From contig CAUVXB020000001.1 of NCBI GenBank assembly GCA_963555825.3, positions 640,001 through 704,000 on the forward strand: 64,000 nt of DNA. The letters are read 5' to 3'. Shown here piece after piece: positions 1 to 10,146 of the stretch. Source of the stretch: Alphaproteobacteria bacterium (GTDB lineage: Bacteria; Pseudomonadota; Alphaproteobacteria; JAAXGF01). The notes beneath the pieces were generated by a model. It ran no database searches. It was given only the letters and a program-made list of their open reading frames with translations, and was not told the DNA's origin. The position numbers and the translations under genes were made by a program. Numbering within the stretch: the first letter of the stretch is position 1; the number at the start of each line of letters is the position of its first letter.

Positions 1-239
1 CGATCATCACCGGCATCGTCGCGGTGGTGTGGTTCGGCCAGCCGATGCTCGGTGGCGTGATCGCCGCGGCGATGATCGTCAACATGGTGGTCGCCGGGCT
101 GTCGGGCATCCTCATACCGCTCGGCCTCGACCGCGTGGGCGTCGACCCGGCGATCGCCGCCACCGTCTTCCTGACCACGGTGACCGACATCGTCGGCTTC
201 TTCGTCTTCCTCGGCCTCGCCGCTTTGGTGCTGTTGTGA
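1..239 (+). CDS. mgtE: Magnesium transporter MgtE, C-terminal part (runs off the window start)
   Basis: Hydrophobic C-terminus with DPA..A..FLTTVTDIVGFFVFLG, typical of the MgtE membrane domain. Confidence 0.85.
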   Translation, partial: IITGIVAVVWFGQPMLGGVIAAAMIVNMVVAGLSGILIPLGLDRVGVDPAIAATVFLTTVTDIVGFFVFLGLAALVLL

Positions 240-724
240 GCTTCGACATCCGCGACATGAGGAACGCCGACGGCGCGGCGCTGATCGCGCTGATGGAGCG
301 TTGCTGGGCCGACTATCCGGGCTGCGTGCTCGACGTCGAGGGCGATTCGCCCGAGCTGTGGACGCCGGCAAGCTACTTCGCCGGCCTCGACGGGCGCGGC
401 TGGGTCGCCGAGCGCGATAGCGTGATTGTCGCCTCGATCGGTGTCGCACCCGGCTCCGGACCGGGCATCGGCGAGTTGCACCGGCTCTATGTCGACCATT
501 CGGCGCGCCGTCAGGGCCTCGCCAAGCGGCTCGTCGCCCTGGTCGAGGACGAGGCGAGGGGCTGGGACGCCCATACCATGGAGCTCTGGAGCGACGTGCG
601 CTTCACGTTCTCGCACCGGCTCTATGAGCGCCAGGGCTTCACCCGCCAACCCGGCACGCGCGAACTCGACGACGCCAGCAAGAGCGTCGAGTCCCGCTTC
701 GTGAAGTCGCTCGGCGGCCCATGA
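236..724 (+). CDS. GNAT family N-acetyltransferase
   Basis: GTG start overlapping the mgtE stop; ELHRLYV..ARRQGLAKRL acetyl-CoA binding motif and LYERQGF. Confidence 0.8.
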   Translation: MSFDIRDMRNADGAALIALMERCWADYPGCVLDVEGDSPELWTPASYFAGLDGRGWVAERDSVIVASIGVAPGSGPGIGELHRLYVDHSARRQGLAKRLVALVEDEARGWDAHTMELWSDVRFTFSHRLYERQGFTRQPGTRELDDASKSVESRFVKSLGGP

Positions 725-1206
725 CCGCGCCGACCTACGAGCCGAAGAACCCGGCCTTTGCCGAACAGGTGCGCTCGAGCTTCGAACGCCAGCCGTTCAT
801 GACGCTGATCGGCGCCGAGCTGACCGAGATCGCGCCGGGCCGATGCGAAATCCAGCTGCCGTACCGTCCCGACCTGGCCCAGCAACACGGCTTCATTCAC
901 GGCGGCGCGCTGGGCGGCGTCATCGATTCGGCGATGGGCTATGCTGGTTATTCACTGGCGCCGGCGGGCGCCTCGGTGCTGACCGTCGAGTACAAGATCA
1001 ACCTGGTCGCCCCGGCCGACGGCGAGCGCATCATCGCGCGCGGTCGCGTGGTGCGCGCCGGGCGCACGCTGACGGTGACGCGCGGCGACGCCTACGCGCT
1101 CAAGGCGGGCGTCGAGACGCTCTGCGCCACCGCCCAGCAGACCTTGATGATCCTCGCCGACACGCCCGACGGGTGTGGGTCTGGTATGGAAAATCTAAGT
1201 CATTGA
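721..1206 (+). CDS. PaaI family thioesterase; C-terminus now supplied by the inserted IS
   Basis: QQHGFIHGG..DSAMG hotdog motif; residues after DTPD are read from the IS left end. Confidence 0.88.
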   Translation: MTAPTYEPKNPAFAEQVRSSFERQPFMTLIGAELTEIAPGRCEIQLPYRPDLAQQHGFIHGGALGGVIDSAMGYAGYSLAPAGASVLTVEYKINLVAPADGERIIARGRVVRAGRTLTVTRGDAYALKAGVETLCATAQQTLMILADTPDGCGSGMENLSH

Positions 1207-2825
1207 TTTAGTGCGTTTTTTGTGTCGAGACGAACGGCCGAAATCGGCTATTCGTGACAATGGGCCGCTCCAAGGCAGGATTTTGTTACGACGGCAGGGT
1301 CGAGCAGGGGAAGGTGGGAACGCTCCGCACCGCCAGAAGCGGTACGATGCCGTGTCTCGAAACCCAACATCGGGAGCATTCCCATGGCAGTATCCCCGCC
1401 TCCGGCGCCTTCGTCCATCGATCTTTCCGGCCTGCCTCCTCGGGTCGTCGAGGCGGCCGCCCGGGTGCTCGCACTGTGTCGCGAGGAGCTTCGTTCCGAG
1501 CCGCGCCCCGAGGCGCCCGAGGAGGTCGAGTTGCGGGTGCGTGAGGCCACGAACGAGTTCGCTCGCGATGTCATGGGCGCCGTCATCGAGAACCGGGACG
1601 ATGGCGCTTCCCGGATCGAGCGGGACGGGCAGAGCTGGTTCCGGGTCGCGGTGACGCCGAAGACGATCATGACCTCGCTCGGTCCGGTGACCTACCGGCG
1701 AGCGCGTTACCGCAGCGGCGCGAGCGGGGCATCGCCGGTGCCGGTCGACGAGAGCCTGGGCCTCGTCGACGATTACCTGACGCGGCCGGCGGCCGAGCTC
1801 GGTCTGCTGATGATGGGTCACTGCACGGCCCGGGAAGCGGCGGCGTTCTTTGCGAAGACCGGCGCCATGACGCCGTCGGTGAGCACCCTGCAGCGCCTGA
1901 CCCTGAGCATGCACGAATGCTGGGAGAGCCTCGGCCCGGAGACGCTGGGCAGCATCCGTGAGGCCGAGGGCATACCCGCAGGACGCGACCACCGCCTCGG
2001 TCTCCCTCGACGGCGTCATGGTGCCGCTGAGACCCGGCGAGGACGGTCGCGCCAAGGCCTCCTGGCGCGAGGCTGCCTGCGGCACGGTCTCCTTCCACGA
2101 CGCCGAGGGCAAGCGCCTGAAGACCCTCTATCTCGGCCGCATGCCGGAGAGCGGCAAGCTCACGCTGAAGGCGCAGCTTGCAAGCGAAGTCGCACACATC
2201 AGGCGAGCACGCCCCGAGATCGGGATCGTCGCTATCGCCGATGGCGCCGCCGACAACTGGACCTTCCTGGAGACCCTGTCGCCCGAAACCGAGGTGATCG
2301 ACTTCTGGCATGCTTGCGAACATCTGCAAACCGCGTCCGACCATGCCGTGGCGCCCGGCTGGTTCGAGAAGTACCGCGAGATCCTCCGTCACGATCCCCG
2401 TGGCGTCGCCAAGGTGATCCGGGCGCTGCGCCACCTTCGCGATGCCGCCGCTGCGCCGGACCGGGCCGAGACCGAGCGGGAACTCGCCTTCTTCCGCAAG
2501 CATCGCCATCGCATGCGCTACCACGCCCTGAAGGAAGAGGGCATCGCCATCGGCTCAGGCGTGGTCGAAGCTGCCAACAAGACCCTGGTGACACAGCGCA
2601 TGAAGCGCTCCGGCATGCGCTGGCGGATCGTCGGCGGACAGGCTGTTCTGACCTTCCGCGCCCTGATCAAATCCGGCCGCTTCGAGCGGGCATGGAAGGC
2701 CCTGATCAGCGCAACCGACACACCGGCCAACGACAACATCAGTCCACGTGCAGCAGCCATGGCAATCGCTGCCTGAACTCAACGAACCAAGCCGCAGACA
2801 TCACTGCCATGCGAGACTCGCACCC
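1171..2825 (+). mobile_element. ISKra4-like insertion sequence (1655 bp)
   Basis: Imperfect terminal IRs (gggtgtgggtctggtatgg vs reverse complement gggtgcgagtctcgcatgg); 8-bp direct repeat cgcccgac at 1163-1170 and 2826-2833. Confidence 0.85.
1384..2776 (+). pseudogene. ISKra4-like DDE transposase, frameshifted near 1975
   Basis: N-half in the 1384 frame; C-half in the 1958..2776 frame with SLDG, IADGA..W, DFWHA, IGSGVVEAANK..RMKRSGMRW; removing one C from ataccc gcag joins them. Confidence 0.8.
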
Positions 2826-2884
2826 CGCCCGACAGGCCGCGCTGAGCGCTGGCTGTTAACGGGTGCGGGGCCTATAGTGCGCCG

Positions 2885-4057
2885 ATGATTCCGAACCAGC
2901 CGCCGATGCTCGATTTCGGGCTCGGCGAGACCGCCGACATGATCCGCGATACGGTCGCCGGCTTCACCGCCGACGAGATCGCGCCGCGTGCCGACGAGAT
3001 CGACCGCACCAACGAGTTTCCGCGCGATCTCTGGCCCCGGCTCGGCGAACTGGGCTTGCTCGGCGTCACCGTCGAGGAGGCGTGGGGCGGCGCCGGTCTC
3101 GGCTACCTCGAGCATGTCGTCGCGATGGAGGAGATCAGCCGCGGCTCGGCCTCGGTGGGCTTAAGCTACGGCGCGCATTCCAACCTCTGCGTCAACCAGC
3201 TCCGCCGCACCGGCTCGGACGCCCAGAAGCGCAAGTACCTGCCGGCGCTGATCTCGGGCGAGCACGTCGGCGCGCTGGCGATGAGCGAAACGGGCGCCGG
3301 CTCCGACGTCGTCGGCATGCGCACGAGCGCCGAGAAACGCGGCGACGTGTACGTCCTCAACGGCTCGAAGATGTGGATCACCAACGGCCCCGACGCCGAG
3401 GTGCTGGTCGTCTACGCCAAGACCGACCCGGACGCGGGGCCGCGCGGCATCACCGCGTTCATCATCGAAAAGGGCATGGCCGGCTTCTCGACCGCCCCCA
3501 AGATCGACAAGCTCGGCATGCGCGGCTCGAACACCTGCGAGCTGATCTTCGAGGACTGCGCGGTGCCGGCCGAGAACGTGCTCGGCGAGGTCGGCAAGGG
3601 CGTCGGCGTGCTGATGAGCGGCCTCGACTACGAGCGTGTCGTGCTCGCCGCCGGCCCCCTGGGCGTGATGCAGAGCTGCATGGACCTGATCGTGCCCTAT
3701 TTGCACGAGCGCAAGCAGTTCGGCAAGCCGATCGGCGAGTTCCAGCTCATGCAGGGCAAGCTCGCCGATATGTACACGACGATGAATGCCGCGCGCGCCT
3801 ACGTCTACGCCGTGGCCAAGGCGTGCGACCGCGGCGCGACGGCGCGCAAGGACGCGGCGGGTGCGATCCTCTACGCCGCCGAGAAGGCGACCTGGATGGC
3901 GCTCGAGGCGATCCAGTGCCTGGGCGCCATGGGCTATATGAACGAGATGCCTGCCGGCCGTCTGCTGCGCGACGCCAAGCTCTACGAGATCGGCGCCGGC
4001 ACCTCGGAAATCCGCCGCATGCTGATCGGCCGCGAGCTGTTCGAGGAGACGGCATGA
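2885..4057 (+). CDS. ivd: Isovaleryl-CoA dehydrogenase
   Basis: [46 protein letters not shown]. Confidence 0.95.
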   Translation: MIPNQPPMLDFGLGETADMIRDTVAGFTADEIAPRADEIDRTNEFPRDLWPRLGELGLLGVTVEEAWGGAGLGYLEHVVAMEEISRGSASVGLSYGAHSNLCVNQLRRTGSDAQKRKYLPALISGEHVGALAMSETGAGSDVVGMRTSAEKRGDVYVLNGSKMWITNGPDAEVLVVYAKTDPDAGPRGITAFIIEKGMAGFSTAPKIDKLGMRGSNTCELIFEDCAVPAENVLGEVGKGVGVLMSGLDYERVVLAAGPLGVMQSCMDLIVPYLHERKQFGKPIGEFQLMQGKLADMYTTMNAARAYVYAVAKACDRGATARKDAAGAILYAAEKATWMALEAIQCLGAMGYMNEMPAGRLLRDAKLYEIGAGTSEIRRMLIGRELFEETA

Positions 4058-4064
4058 GAAGTGA

Positions 4065-4159
4065 ACCACAGAGACACAGAGACACAGAGGGATTCAAAGC
4101 GCCCTTCGGGCCCAAAATATCTTGTTTTAGATTTCTCTGTGTCTCTGTGCCTCTGTGGT
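4065..4159. repeat. Intergenic inverted repeat built from acacagag 8-mers (REP/MITE-like)
   Basis: 25-nt arms at 4065-4089 and 4135-4159 are 24/25 complementary around a 45-nt AT-richer spacer. Confidence 0.8.
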
Positions 4160-4547
4160 GAACCGACGGACGGCTGCGACCACGCGGCTTGTAATTTTGT
4201 TGCTCGTCGGCCTCGCGGCCGCGCCCGCGGCGGCCGAGATGACCGGTGCCGAGATCGAGGCCGCGTTGGCGGGCAACACGACCGACGGGGTGTGGGGCGC
4301 GGCGTTGACGCCCTATCGCCAGTATTTCGGCATCGAAGGCGGCACGATCTATGTCGAGAAGGGTGACCAGCCGAGCGAGGGCCGCTGGTGGACGACCGAC
4401 GACGCCTACTGCTCGACCTGGGGGCCGTTCTCGACGCCGAGCTGCTACCGGGTGCGCCGCGAGGGCGAGACGCTGCTGTGGGTCGCACCGGGCAGTGGCA
4501 AGAGCTATCCCTCGACCGTGCTGCCCGGCCGGCAGCTCGTGCCGTAG
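4158..4547 (+). CDS. Hypothetical secreted protein
   Basis: Signal-peptide-like N-terminus (LVILLLVGLAAAPAAA); GRWW...YCSTW..CY with a Cys pair; start uncertain (4155 or 4158). Confidence 0.7.
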   Translation: MNRRTAATTRLVILLLVGLAAAPAAAEMTGAEIEAALAGNTTDGVWGAALTPYRQYFGIEGGTIYVEKGDQPSEGRWWTTDDAYCSTWGPFSTPSCYRVRREGETLLWVAPGSGKSYPSTVLPGRQLVP

Positions 4548-4557
4548 GCGGCCCGCG

Positions 4558-5106
4558 ATGAGCAGCGGCGAATTCCACCTCAACTATTCGCGCGACGAGG
4601 ACCGCGTCTACGTCTTCGTGCGCGACGACGAGGGCGTCGAGCATGCCTTCGCGCTGACCCGGCATCTGTTCAAGAACCTCTGGCCGGCGCTCGGCAAGAC
4701 GGTCCAGGCGATGTGCGAGGCGGCCCAGCGTTCGCCCGCGGCGATGATCGGCGAGGTGTTGTCGATGATGCGCGAAAACGCGGTGAGCCAGGCGCGCGAG
4801 TCGGGCGCGCTGTCGAACAAGAAGCTGCCATCGGCAGAGAGCCGCGTCGTCTACCTGACCCGCAAGGTGCAGATCGCCGACGGGCCGAAGGGCGGCAAGC
4901 TGCTGATCATGACCGACGGCGAGAAGCGTATCCAGATCCCGATGAATTTCGAGCGCCTCATCGTCTTCTGCGACGCGCTCAAGACGATCGTCGAAAAGAC
5001 CACCTGGGACCTCAAGCTGGCCTATCCGTGGGAGATCGTGGCACAACGGAAACCCGGCGCGGCCGCCGCCAGCAAGCCGAGCAACGAGCCACCGACGCAG
5101 CACTGA
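4558..5106 (+). CDS. Hypothetical protein
   Basis: ATG at 4558, host-like codon usage, fills the gap before the thiolase. Confidence 0.7.
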   Translation: MSSGEFHLNYSRDEDRVYVFVRDDEGVEHAFALTRHLFKNLWPALGKTVQAMCEAAQRSPAAMIGEVLSMMRENAVSQARESGALSNKKLPSAESRVVYLTRKVQIADGPKGGKLLIMTDGEKRIQIPMNFERLIVFCDALKTIVEKTTWDLKLAYPWEIVAQRKPGAAAASKPSNEPPTQH

Positions 5107-5136
5107 TCACGACCGGATCGCAAGGAGAACACGATC

Positions 5137-6327
5137 ATGAGCATGAGTGATCCCATCGTCATCGCGGGCGCCGCGCGCACCCCGATGGGCGGCTTTCAGG
5201 GCGATCTGAAGGACGCGCCCGCGCCCCAACTCGGCGCCGTCGCGATCGAGGCGGCGCTCGCTCGCGCCGCAGTCGACGGCGTGGACGTCGACGAGGTGGT
5301 GATGGGCTGCGTGCTGCCCGCCGGCATGGGCCAGGCGCCGGCGCGCCAAGCGAGCCTCGGCGCCGGCGTGCCGCAATCGGTCGGCTGCACGACGGTCAAC
5401 AAGATGTGCGGCTCGGGCATGAAGGCGACCATGATCGGCCACGACGCCATCGCCGCGGGCTCGGCGGAAATCGCCGTCGTCGGCGGTTTGGAGAGCATGT
5501 CGAACACGCCCTATCTGCTGGATCGCGCGCGCTCGGGTTATCGCATGGGCCACGGCCGGGTGCTCGACCACATGTTCATCGACGGCCTCGAGGACGCCTA
5601 CGACAAGGGCCGCCTGATGGGCAGCTACGCCGAGGACACCGCCGAGCGTTACCAGTTCACCCGCGAGGCCCAGGACGGTTTCGCCATCGCCTCGCTGACG
5701 CGCGCCAAGGCGGCGATCGATGACGGAAGTTTCGCCGCCGAGGTCGCCCCGGTCACCGTTGTGACGCGCAAGGGCGAGAGCCTGGTCGAGCGCGACGAGC
5801 AGCCGCACAAGGCCGATCACGACAAGATTCCCCGGCTCAAGCCGGCGTTCCGCGAGGGCGGCACGGTGACGCCGGCCAACTCGAGCTCGATCTCGGACGG
5901 CGCCGCCGCGCTGGTGCTGATGCGCGCGAGCGAGGCCGAGCGGCGCGGCGTCACGCCGCTGGCGCGCATCGTCGGCCACGCGAGCCACGCCCAGGCGCCG
6001 GCCTGGTTCACCACGGCGCCGATCGGCGCGATCCAGACGCTGTTCACCAAGACCGGCTGGCGGGCGGGTGACGTCGGGCTCTACGAGATCAACGAGGCCT
6101 TCGCGGTGGTCACCATGGCGGCGATGTGCGACCTCGACCTTGCGCACGATATCGTCAACGTCCACGGCGGCGCCTGCGCGCTCGGCCACCCGGTCGGCGC
6201 TTCGGGCGCGCGCATCGTCGTGACGCTCTTGGCGGCGATGGAGAAGTACGACGTCGACAAAGGCGTCGCCGCGCTCTGCATCGGTGGCGGCGAGGCCACG
6301 GCGATTGCGGTCGAGCGCCTGTCATGA
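5137..6327 (+). CDS. Acetyl-CoA C-acyltransferase (thiolase)
   Basis: [28 protein letters not shown] motifs; RBS aaggag. Confidence 0.95.
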   Translation: MSMSDPIVIAGAARTPMGGFQGDLKDAPAPQLGAVAIEAALARAAVDGVDVDEVVMGCVLPAGMGQAPARQASLGAGVPQSVGCTTVNKMCGSGMKATMIGHDAIAAGSAEIAVVGGLESMSNTPYLLDRARSGYRMGHGRVLDHMFIDGLEDAYDKGRLMGSYAEDTAERYQFTREAQDGFAIASLTRAKAAIDDGSFAAEVAPVTVVTRKGESLVERDEQPHKADHDKIPRLKPAFREGGTVTPANSSSISDGAAALVLMRASEAERRGVTPLARIVGHASHAQAPAWFTTAPIGAIQTLFTKTGWRAGDVGLYEINEAFAVVTMAAMCDLDLAHDIVNVHGGACALGHPVGASGARIVVTLLAAMEKYDVDKGVAALCIGGGEATAIAVERLS

Positions 6328-6716
6328 CCGGCCGTAAGCTGATTTCCTCGGGCTCGAAGTTCGAGAAGCTGGCGGGCTATTCGCGGGCCGTGATCGACGG
6401 CGAATGGGTCTTCGTCTCGGGCTCGACCGGCATGGACTACGCCGCCGGCACGATCTCCGACGACGTCGCCGAGCAGACCCACCAGACCTTCCGCAACATC
6501 AACGCCGCGCTCGCCGAGGCCGGCGCCACGCTCGCCGACGTCGTGCGCGTGCGCGTTTTCGTCGACCAGCGCGGCGACTTCGAGATCGTCGCGCCAATCC
6601 TTGGCGAGTATTTCGGCGAAATCCGGCCGGCCAACACCACGGCGGTGGCACCGCTGGTCGACGCGCGCATGAAGGTCGAGATCGAGGTTACCGCGCGCAA
6701 ACGGGGCGGTGTCTGA
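6324..6716 (+). CDS. RidA family protein
   Basis: [26 protein letters not shown]; ATGA overlap with thiolase. Confidence 0.9.
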   Translation: MTGRKLISSGSKFEKLAGYSRAVIDGEWVFVSGSTGMDYAAGTISDDVAEQTHQTFRNINAALAEAGATLADVVRVRVFVDQRGDFEIVAPILGEYFGEIRPANTTAVAPLVDARMKVEIEVTARKRGGV

Positions 6717-6722
6717 CCGGCC

Positions 6723-7922
6723 ATGAGCGTACCGAACATGCGTTGGAACGTCGGGCTTCTGTCCGGCTGCTGGGGGCTGGTCACGACCTGCAACCTGATC
6801 CTGGTCACGATCTCGGCCCTGGTCGGCTACCAACTCGCCGAGGACAAGGCGCTCGCGACCCTGCCGGCCGCCCTGATGTGGTTCGGCACCGCGCTGGCGA
6901 CGACGCCGGCCTCGTTCCTGATGCAACGCATTGGGCGCCGCGCCGGTTTCATGATCGCCGCGGCGATCGGCGCGATCGGTGCGCTGGTCGCGGCGCTGGC
7001 GGTCGTGTGGGGCAGTTTTGCGTTGCTCTGCGTCGGCGTTGGGACATTCGGCGGCTTCAACGCCTTCAACTATTACTACCGCTTCGCCGCCGCCGAATCG
7101 GCTACCGACGCCTTCCGCAGCCGGGCGATCTCGCTGGTCCTCGCGGGCGGCGTCGTCTCGGCGATCATCGGGCCCGAGCTCGCCAAATGGTCGCGCGAAT
7201 TAATCGACGGCTACGAGTACGTCGGCTCGTTCGGCGTCATCATCGGTTTCGCCACCATTGCCTTCTTCGCCATCTCGCGCCTCGACATGCCGCGCCCGGC
7301 CGCGGTGGCGCTGCGCGGCGGGCGCGCCTTGCGCGTGATCGCCCGGCAGCCAACCTACCTCGTCGCGGTATCGGGCGGCGTCATCGCCTATGGCGTGATG
7401 GCGCTGATGATGACGATCACCGCGGTCGCCATGGCCGGCGCCCACCACCCCTTCGAAGACGCCGCCTTCGTCATCCAATGGCATGTGCTGGGCATGTTCG
7501 TGCCATCGTTCTTCACCGGCCATCTGATCGGTCGCTTCGGCGTGCTCAACGTGATGATCTGGGGCGCCGTCTTGCTCCTGGTCTGTCTCGGTGTCGGCTA
7601 TGCCGGCTTGGCCGTCACGCATTTCTGGGTCGCCTTGACCCTGCTTGGCATCGGTTGGAACTTCCTGTTCGTCGGCGCGACGATGTTGCTGACCGAATGC
7701 TACACCGTGGCCGAGCGCGCCAAGGCCCAGGCGGCGAACGAATTCATGATTTTCGGCGTTGCCGGGGTCGCGACCTTCCTGTCGGGCAATCTCTATCACC
7801 ATTTTGGCTGGGATGCCCTCAACCTGCTCGCGATCATGCCGGTCCTCGCGGTGCTCGGCGCAACATTATGGCTCGCCCGCCGCCGGCGCATTGCCTACGC
7901 TATGGGTAGCGCCGCCGATTGA
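6723..7922 (+). CDS. MFS transporter
   Basis: About 12 hydrophobic segments; RIGRRAG and YRFAAAE; [14 protein letters not shown]. Confidence 0.9.
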   Translation: MSVPNMRWNVGLLSGCWGLVTTCNLILVTISALVGYQLAEDKALATLPAALMWFGTALATTPASFLMQRIGRRAGFMIAAAIGAIGALVAALAVVWGSFALLCVGVGTFGGFNAFNYYYRFAAAESATDAFRSRAISLVLAGGVVSAIIGPELAKWSRELIDGYEYVGSFGVIIGFATIAFFAISRLDMPRPAAVALRGGRALRVIARQPTYLVAVSGGVIAYGVMALMMTITAVAMAGAHHPFEDAAFVIQWHVLGMFVPSFFTGHLIGRFGVLNVMIWGAVLLLVCLGVGYAGLAVTHFWVALTLLGIGWNFLFVGATMLLTECYTVAERAKAQAANEFMIFGVAGVATFLSGNLYHHFGWDALNLLAIMPVLAVLGATLWLARRRRIAYAMGSAAD

Positions 7923-7936
7923 TACAAGAGGCTGAA

Positions 7937-8539
7937 ATGGCCGATCCGATCGACTTCTACTTCGACTTCTCGTCGCCCTACGGCTACTTCGCATGCCAGC
8001 GTATCGACGGCATCGCGCGCAAGCACGAGCGCGACGTCGCCTGGCATCCGTTCCTGCTGGGCGTGGTGTTCCGCGTCACCGGCCAGTCGCCGCTGCCCGA
8101 GCAGCCGATGCGCGGCGCCTACGCGCTGCATGATTTCGAGCGCTCGGCACGGCTCTATGGCGCGCCGTTCGCCATGCCGGAACAATTTCCGATTCCCGGC
8201 CAGGTACCGTCGCGCGCCTTTTACTGGCTGCACGACCGCAATCCGGCCCAGGCCAAGGACTTCGCCAAGGCGGCCTATGGCGCCTATTTCGCCAAGGGCC
8301 GCGACATCACCGACATCGGCGAGGTCGCGCGCATCGCCAAGGGTGTCGGCGCCGACGCCGAGGCACTTTCCGAGGCACTCGCCGACGACCCGATCAAGCA
8401 GCGGCTCAAGGCCGAAGTCCAGGCGGCGATCGATCGCGGCGTCTTCGGCTCGCCCTTCGTCATCGTCGACGGCGAGTCGTTCTGGGGCGCCGATCGCCTC
8501 GATCACGTCGAGGCCTGGCTCGCGACGGGCGGCTGGTAG
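7937..8539 (+). CDS. 2-hydroxychromene-2-carboxylate isomerase / DsbA-like (kappa GST) protein
   Basis: FYFDFSSPYGY and GVFGSPF..DGESFWGADRL. Confidence 0.9.
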   Translation: MADPIDFYFDFSSPYGYFACQRIDGIARKHERDVAWHPFLLGVVFRVTGQSPLPEQPMRGAYALHDFERSARLYGAPFAMPEQFPIPGQVPSRAFYWLHDRNPAQAKDFAKAAYGAYFAKGRDITDIGEVARIAKGVGADAEALSEALADDPIKQRLKAEVQAAIDRGVFGSPFVIVDGESFWGADRLDHVEAWLATGGW

Positions 8540-8545
8540 GGCCGG

Positions 8546-8941
8546 CTAGGCGTCCTTCGGGTCAGCGTTCTCGGCGATCCAGCCGGCCAGCGCGTCCTCA
8601 TCGATCTCACCGGCGGCGAGCGCTATGATAACCGTATAGGCCTCCGCTTCATCAGGGGCGAAGTCATAACCGTTCAAGTCGAGGAACATGACGGCGGCAA
8701 GAATACCCGCTCGCTTATTGCCATCGACGAACGAGTGGTTGCGGACGATTCCGCTGCAATAGGCCGCCGCTAGATCGGGAACGGACGGGTTCTCCAGATA
8801 GGCGAACAGGTTGCGTGGCCGGTCGAGCGCGCTTTCGAGAAGCCCCAGGTCACGCAGTTCCGCCGTGCCACCGAATCGCGCGATCGATTCGGCATGGGCG
8901 GCCCGGACCATGGCGAGCGAAACCCATGTGGGTTCCATCAA
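8546..8941 (-). CDS. doc: Death-on-curing (Fic/Doc) type II toxin
   Basis: RDLGLLESALDRP and Fic motif HSFVDGNKR; 131 aa. Confidence 0.9.
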   Translation of the reverse strand: MMEPTWVSLAMVRAAHAESIARFGGTAELRDLGLLESALDRPRNLFAYLENPSVPDLAAAYCSGIVRNHSFVDGNKRAGILAAVMFLDLNGYDFAPDEAEAYTVIIALAAGEIDEDALAGWIAENADPKDA

Positions 8942-9168
8942 CCTTCGGCCAATTTATTCATCAAGTTCGGGTAGCGCCGCATGAAATCTTTGCCTGCCTC
9001 GACGGCTTGGTCGAACTCGGGATCGAAGCGCGTCAGCTCGATGCCGTTGGGCGTGCGCACCGCGTAGAGCAGGTCGCCTTCTGCGACGCCGAGGTCGTCG
9101 AGCACTTGGCGGGGCAGGGTGACACCGTAGGAGCCGCCCCATTTGCGGATTTTCAGCGGTCTGGTCAT
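8938..9168 (-). CDS. AbrB/MazE family antitoxin
   Basis: KIRKWGGSYGVTLP swapped-hairpin motif; overlaps the toxin start. Confidence 0.88.
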   Translation of the reverse strand: MTRPLKIRKWGGSYGVTLPRQVLDDLGVAEGDLLYAVRTPNGIELTRFDPEFDQAVEAGKDFMRRYPNLMNKLAEG

Positions 9169-9190
9169 GGCTGAACCTATCGAAACAAAA

Positions 9191-9209
9191 GTTATATAAA
9201 TTATATAAC
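9191..9209. promoter_or_regulatory. Palindromic operator upstream of the TA operon
   Basis: Perfect inverted repeat gttatataa-a-ttatataac, 22 nt upstream of the antitoxin start. Confidence 0.7.
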
Positions 9210-9501
9210 ATTTCTCGCGCGGTGGCGCAACGAAGCGCGTATAAGGGTCGTGTTGAGTTTGAAATTCAGTCGAGGCATCGCCCGGAATGTCGGCTTTTCA
9301 GCGGACCCTGTCTGCGTTGCGCGCGATGGAACAACTTGGCGCGCAGTCATCGGCACAGCCGCTATTTACCCTAAGGGGAGCAAGCTCTAATGGGACCAAG
9401 AAGGGGCTCCAGCGGCGGCGAGATCGCAGGTGACTGAGGTGGTCCCAGAAAATCGGACAGGGAGCTAAGGTGTATTCCACCGGATAACGGAGGAATACGA
9501 G

Positions 9502-9672
9502 ATGACGAATCGACGCCGGTTTACGGCGGAATTCAAGGCCCGGGTGGCGCTGGAAGCGCTGCGGGGCGACAAGACGATCCAGCAGATCGCGGCCAAGCAC
9601 AAGGTGCATCCGAACCAGGTGAGCGCCTGGAAGCGCCAGGCGGTGGACGGTCTGGGCGAAGTGTTTTCGTGA
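9502..9672 (+). pseudogene. Truncated IS3 OrfA (56 aa)
   Basis: MTNRRRFTAEFKARVALEALRGDKTIQQIAAKHKVHPNQVSAWK HTH; stop codon comes from the inserted IS. Confidence 0.85.
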
Positions 9673-9714
9673 GTCGGACCCGATTTCCTTGGACACAGAA
9701 TTGGCTTAATCGAA

Positions 9715-10146
9715 GTGTCCAAGGAGGACCGGAACATGACCGACAATTTTGAGAACAAAGTTGCTGTTGATGGGCCTGTGGTAAACGAGGGCGAGCTTGG
9801 CTCGTCCACGTTTTCCCCGGGCCAGGTTTCGCCGGCAGGCCCGCTGGGACTTGGCCAGCGGTGGACGGTGACGCGCAAGCGTGAGGTTGCCCTGCGGCTT
9901 TTGCGTGGCGAGCCGGTGGAACTTTTGTCGCGGCAGTTGGGCGTGGAGATTTTCCGGCTCGAGCAGTGGCGTGAGAAGGCGATCGCCGGGATCGATGCCT
10001 CGCTCAAGGAACGCAAGGGCGATCCGGTGAAGGCGGAACTGGACATCGCCATGAAGCGGATCGGGGAGTTGATCATGCAGGTGGAACTGCTGGAGGCCAA
10101 GACGGAGACGTCCGGCCCTTTGGGGCGGCGGAGGTCGCGGCGATGA
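9715..10146 (+). CDS. IS OrfA (HTH), copy 1
   Basis: RKREVALRLLRGE..LSRQLGV..LEQWR; start may be 9736. Confidence 0.8.
   Translation: MSKEDRNMTDNFENKVAVDGPVVNEGELGSSTFSPGQVSPAGPLGLGQRWTVTRKREVALRLLRGEPVELLSRQLGVEIFRLEQWREKAIAGIDASLKERKGDPVKAELDIAMKRIGELIMQVELLEAKTETSGPLGRRRSRR

Noticed and set aside
1970-1985. Programmed frameshift in the ISKra4-like transposase
   Set aside because: No slippery heptamer seen; a single extra C (mutation or sequencing error) explains it
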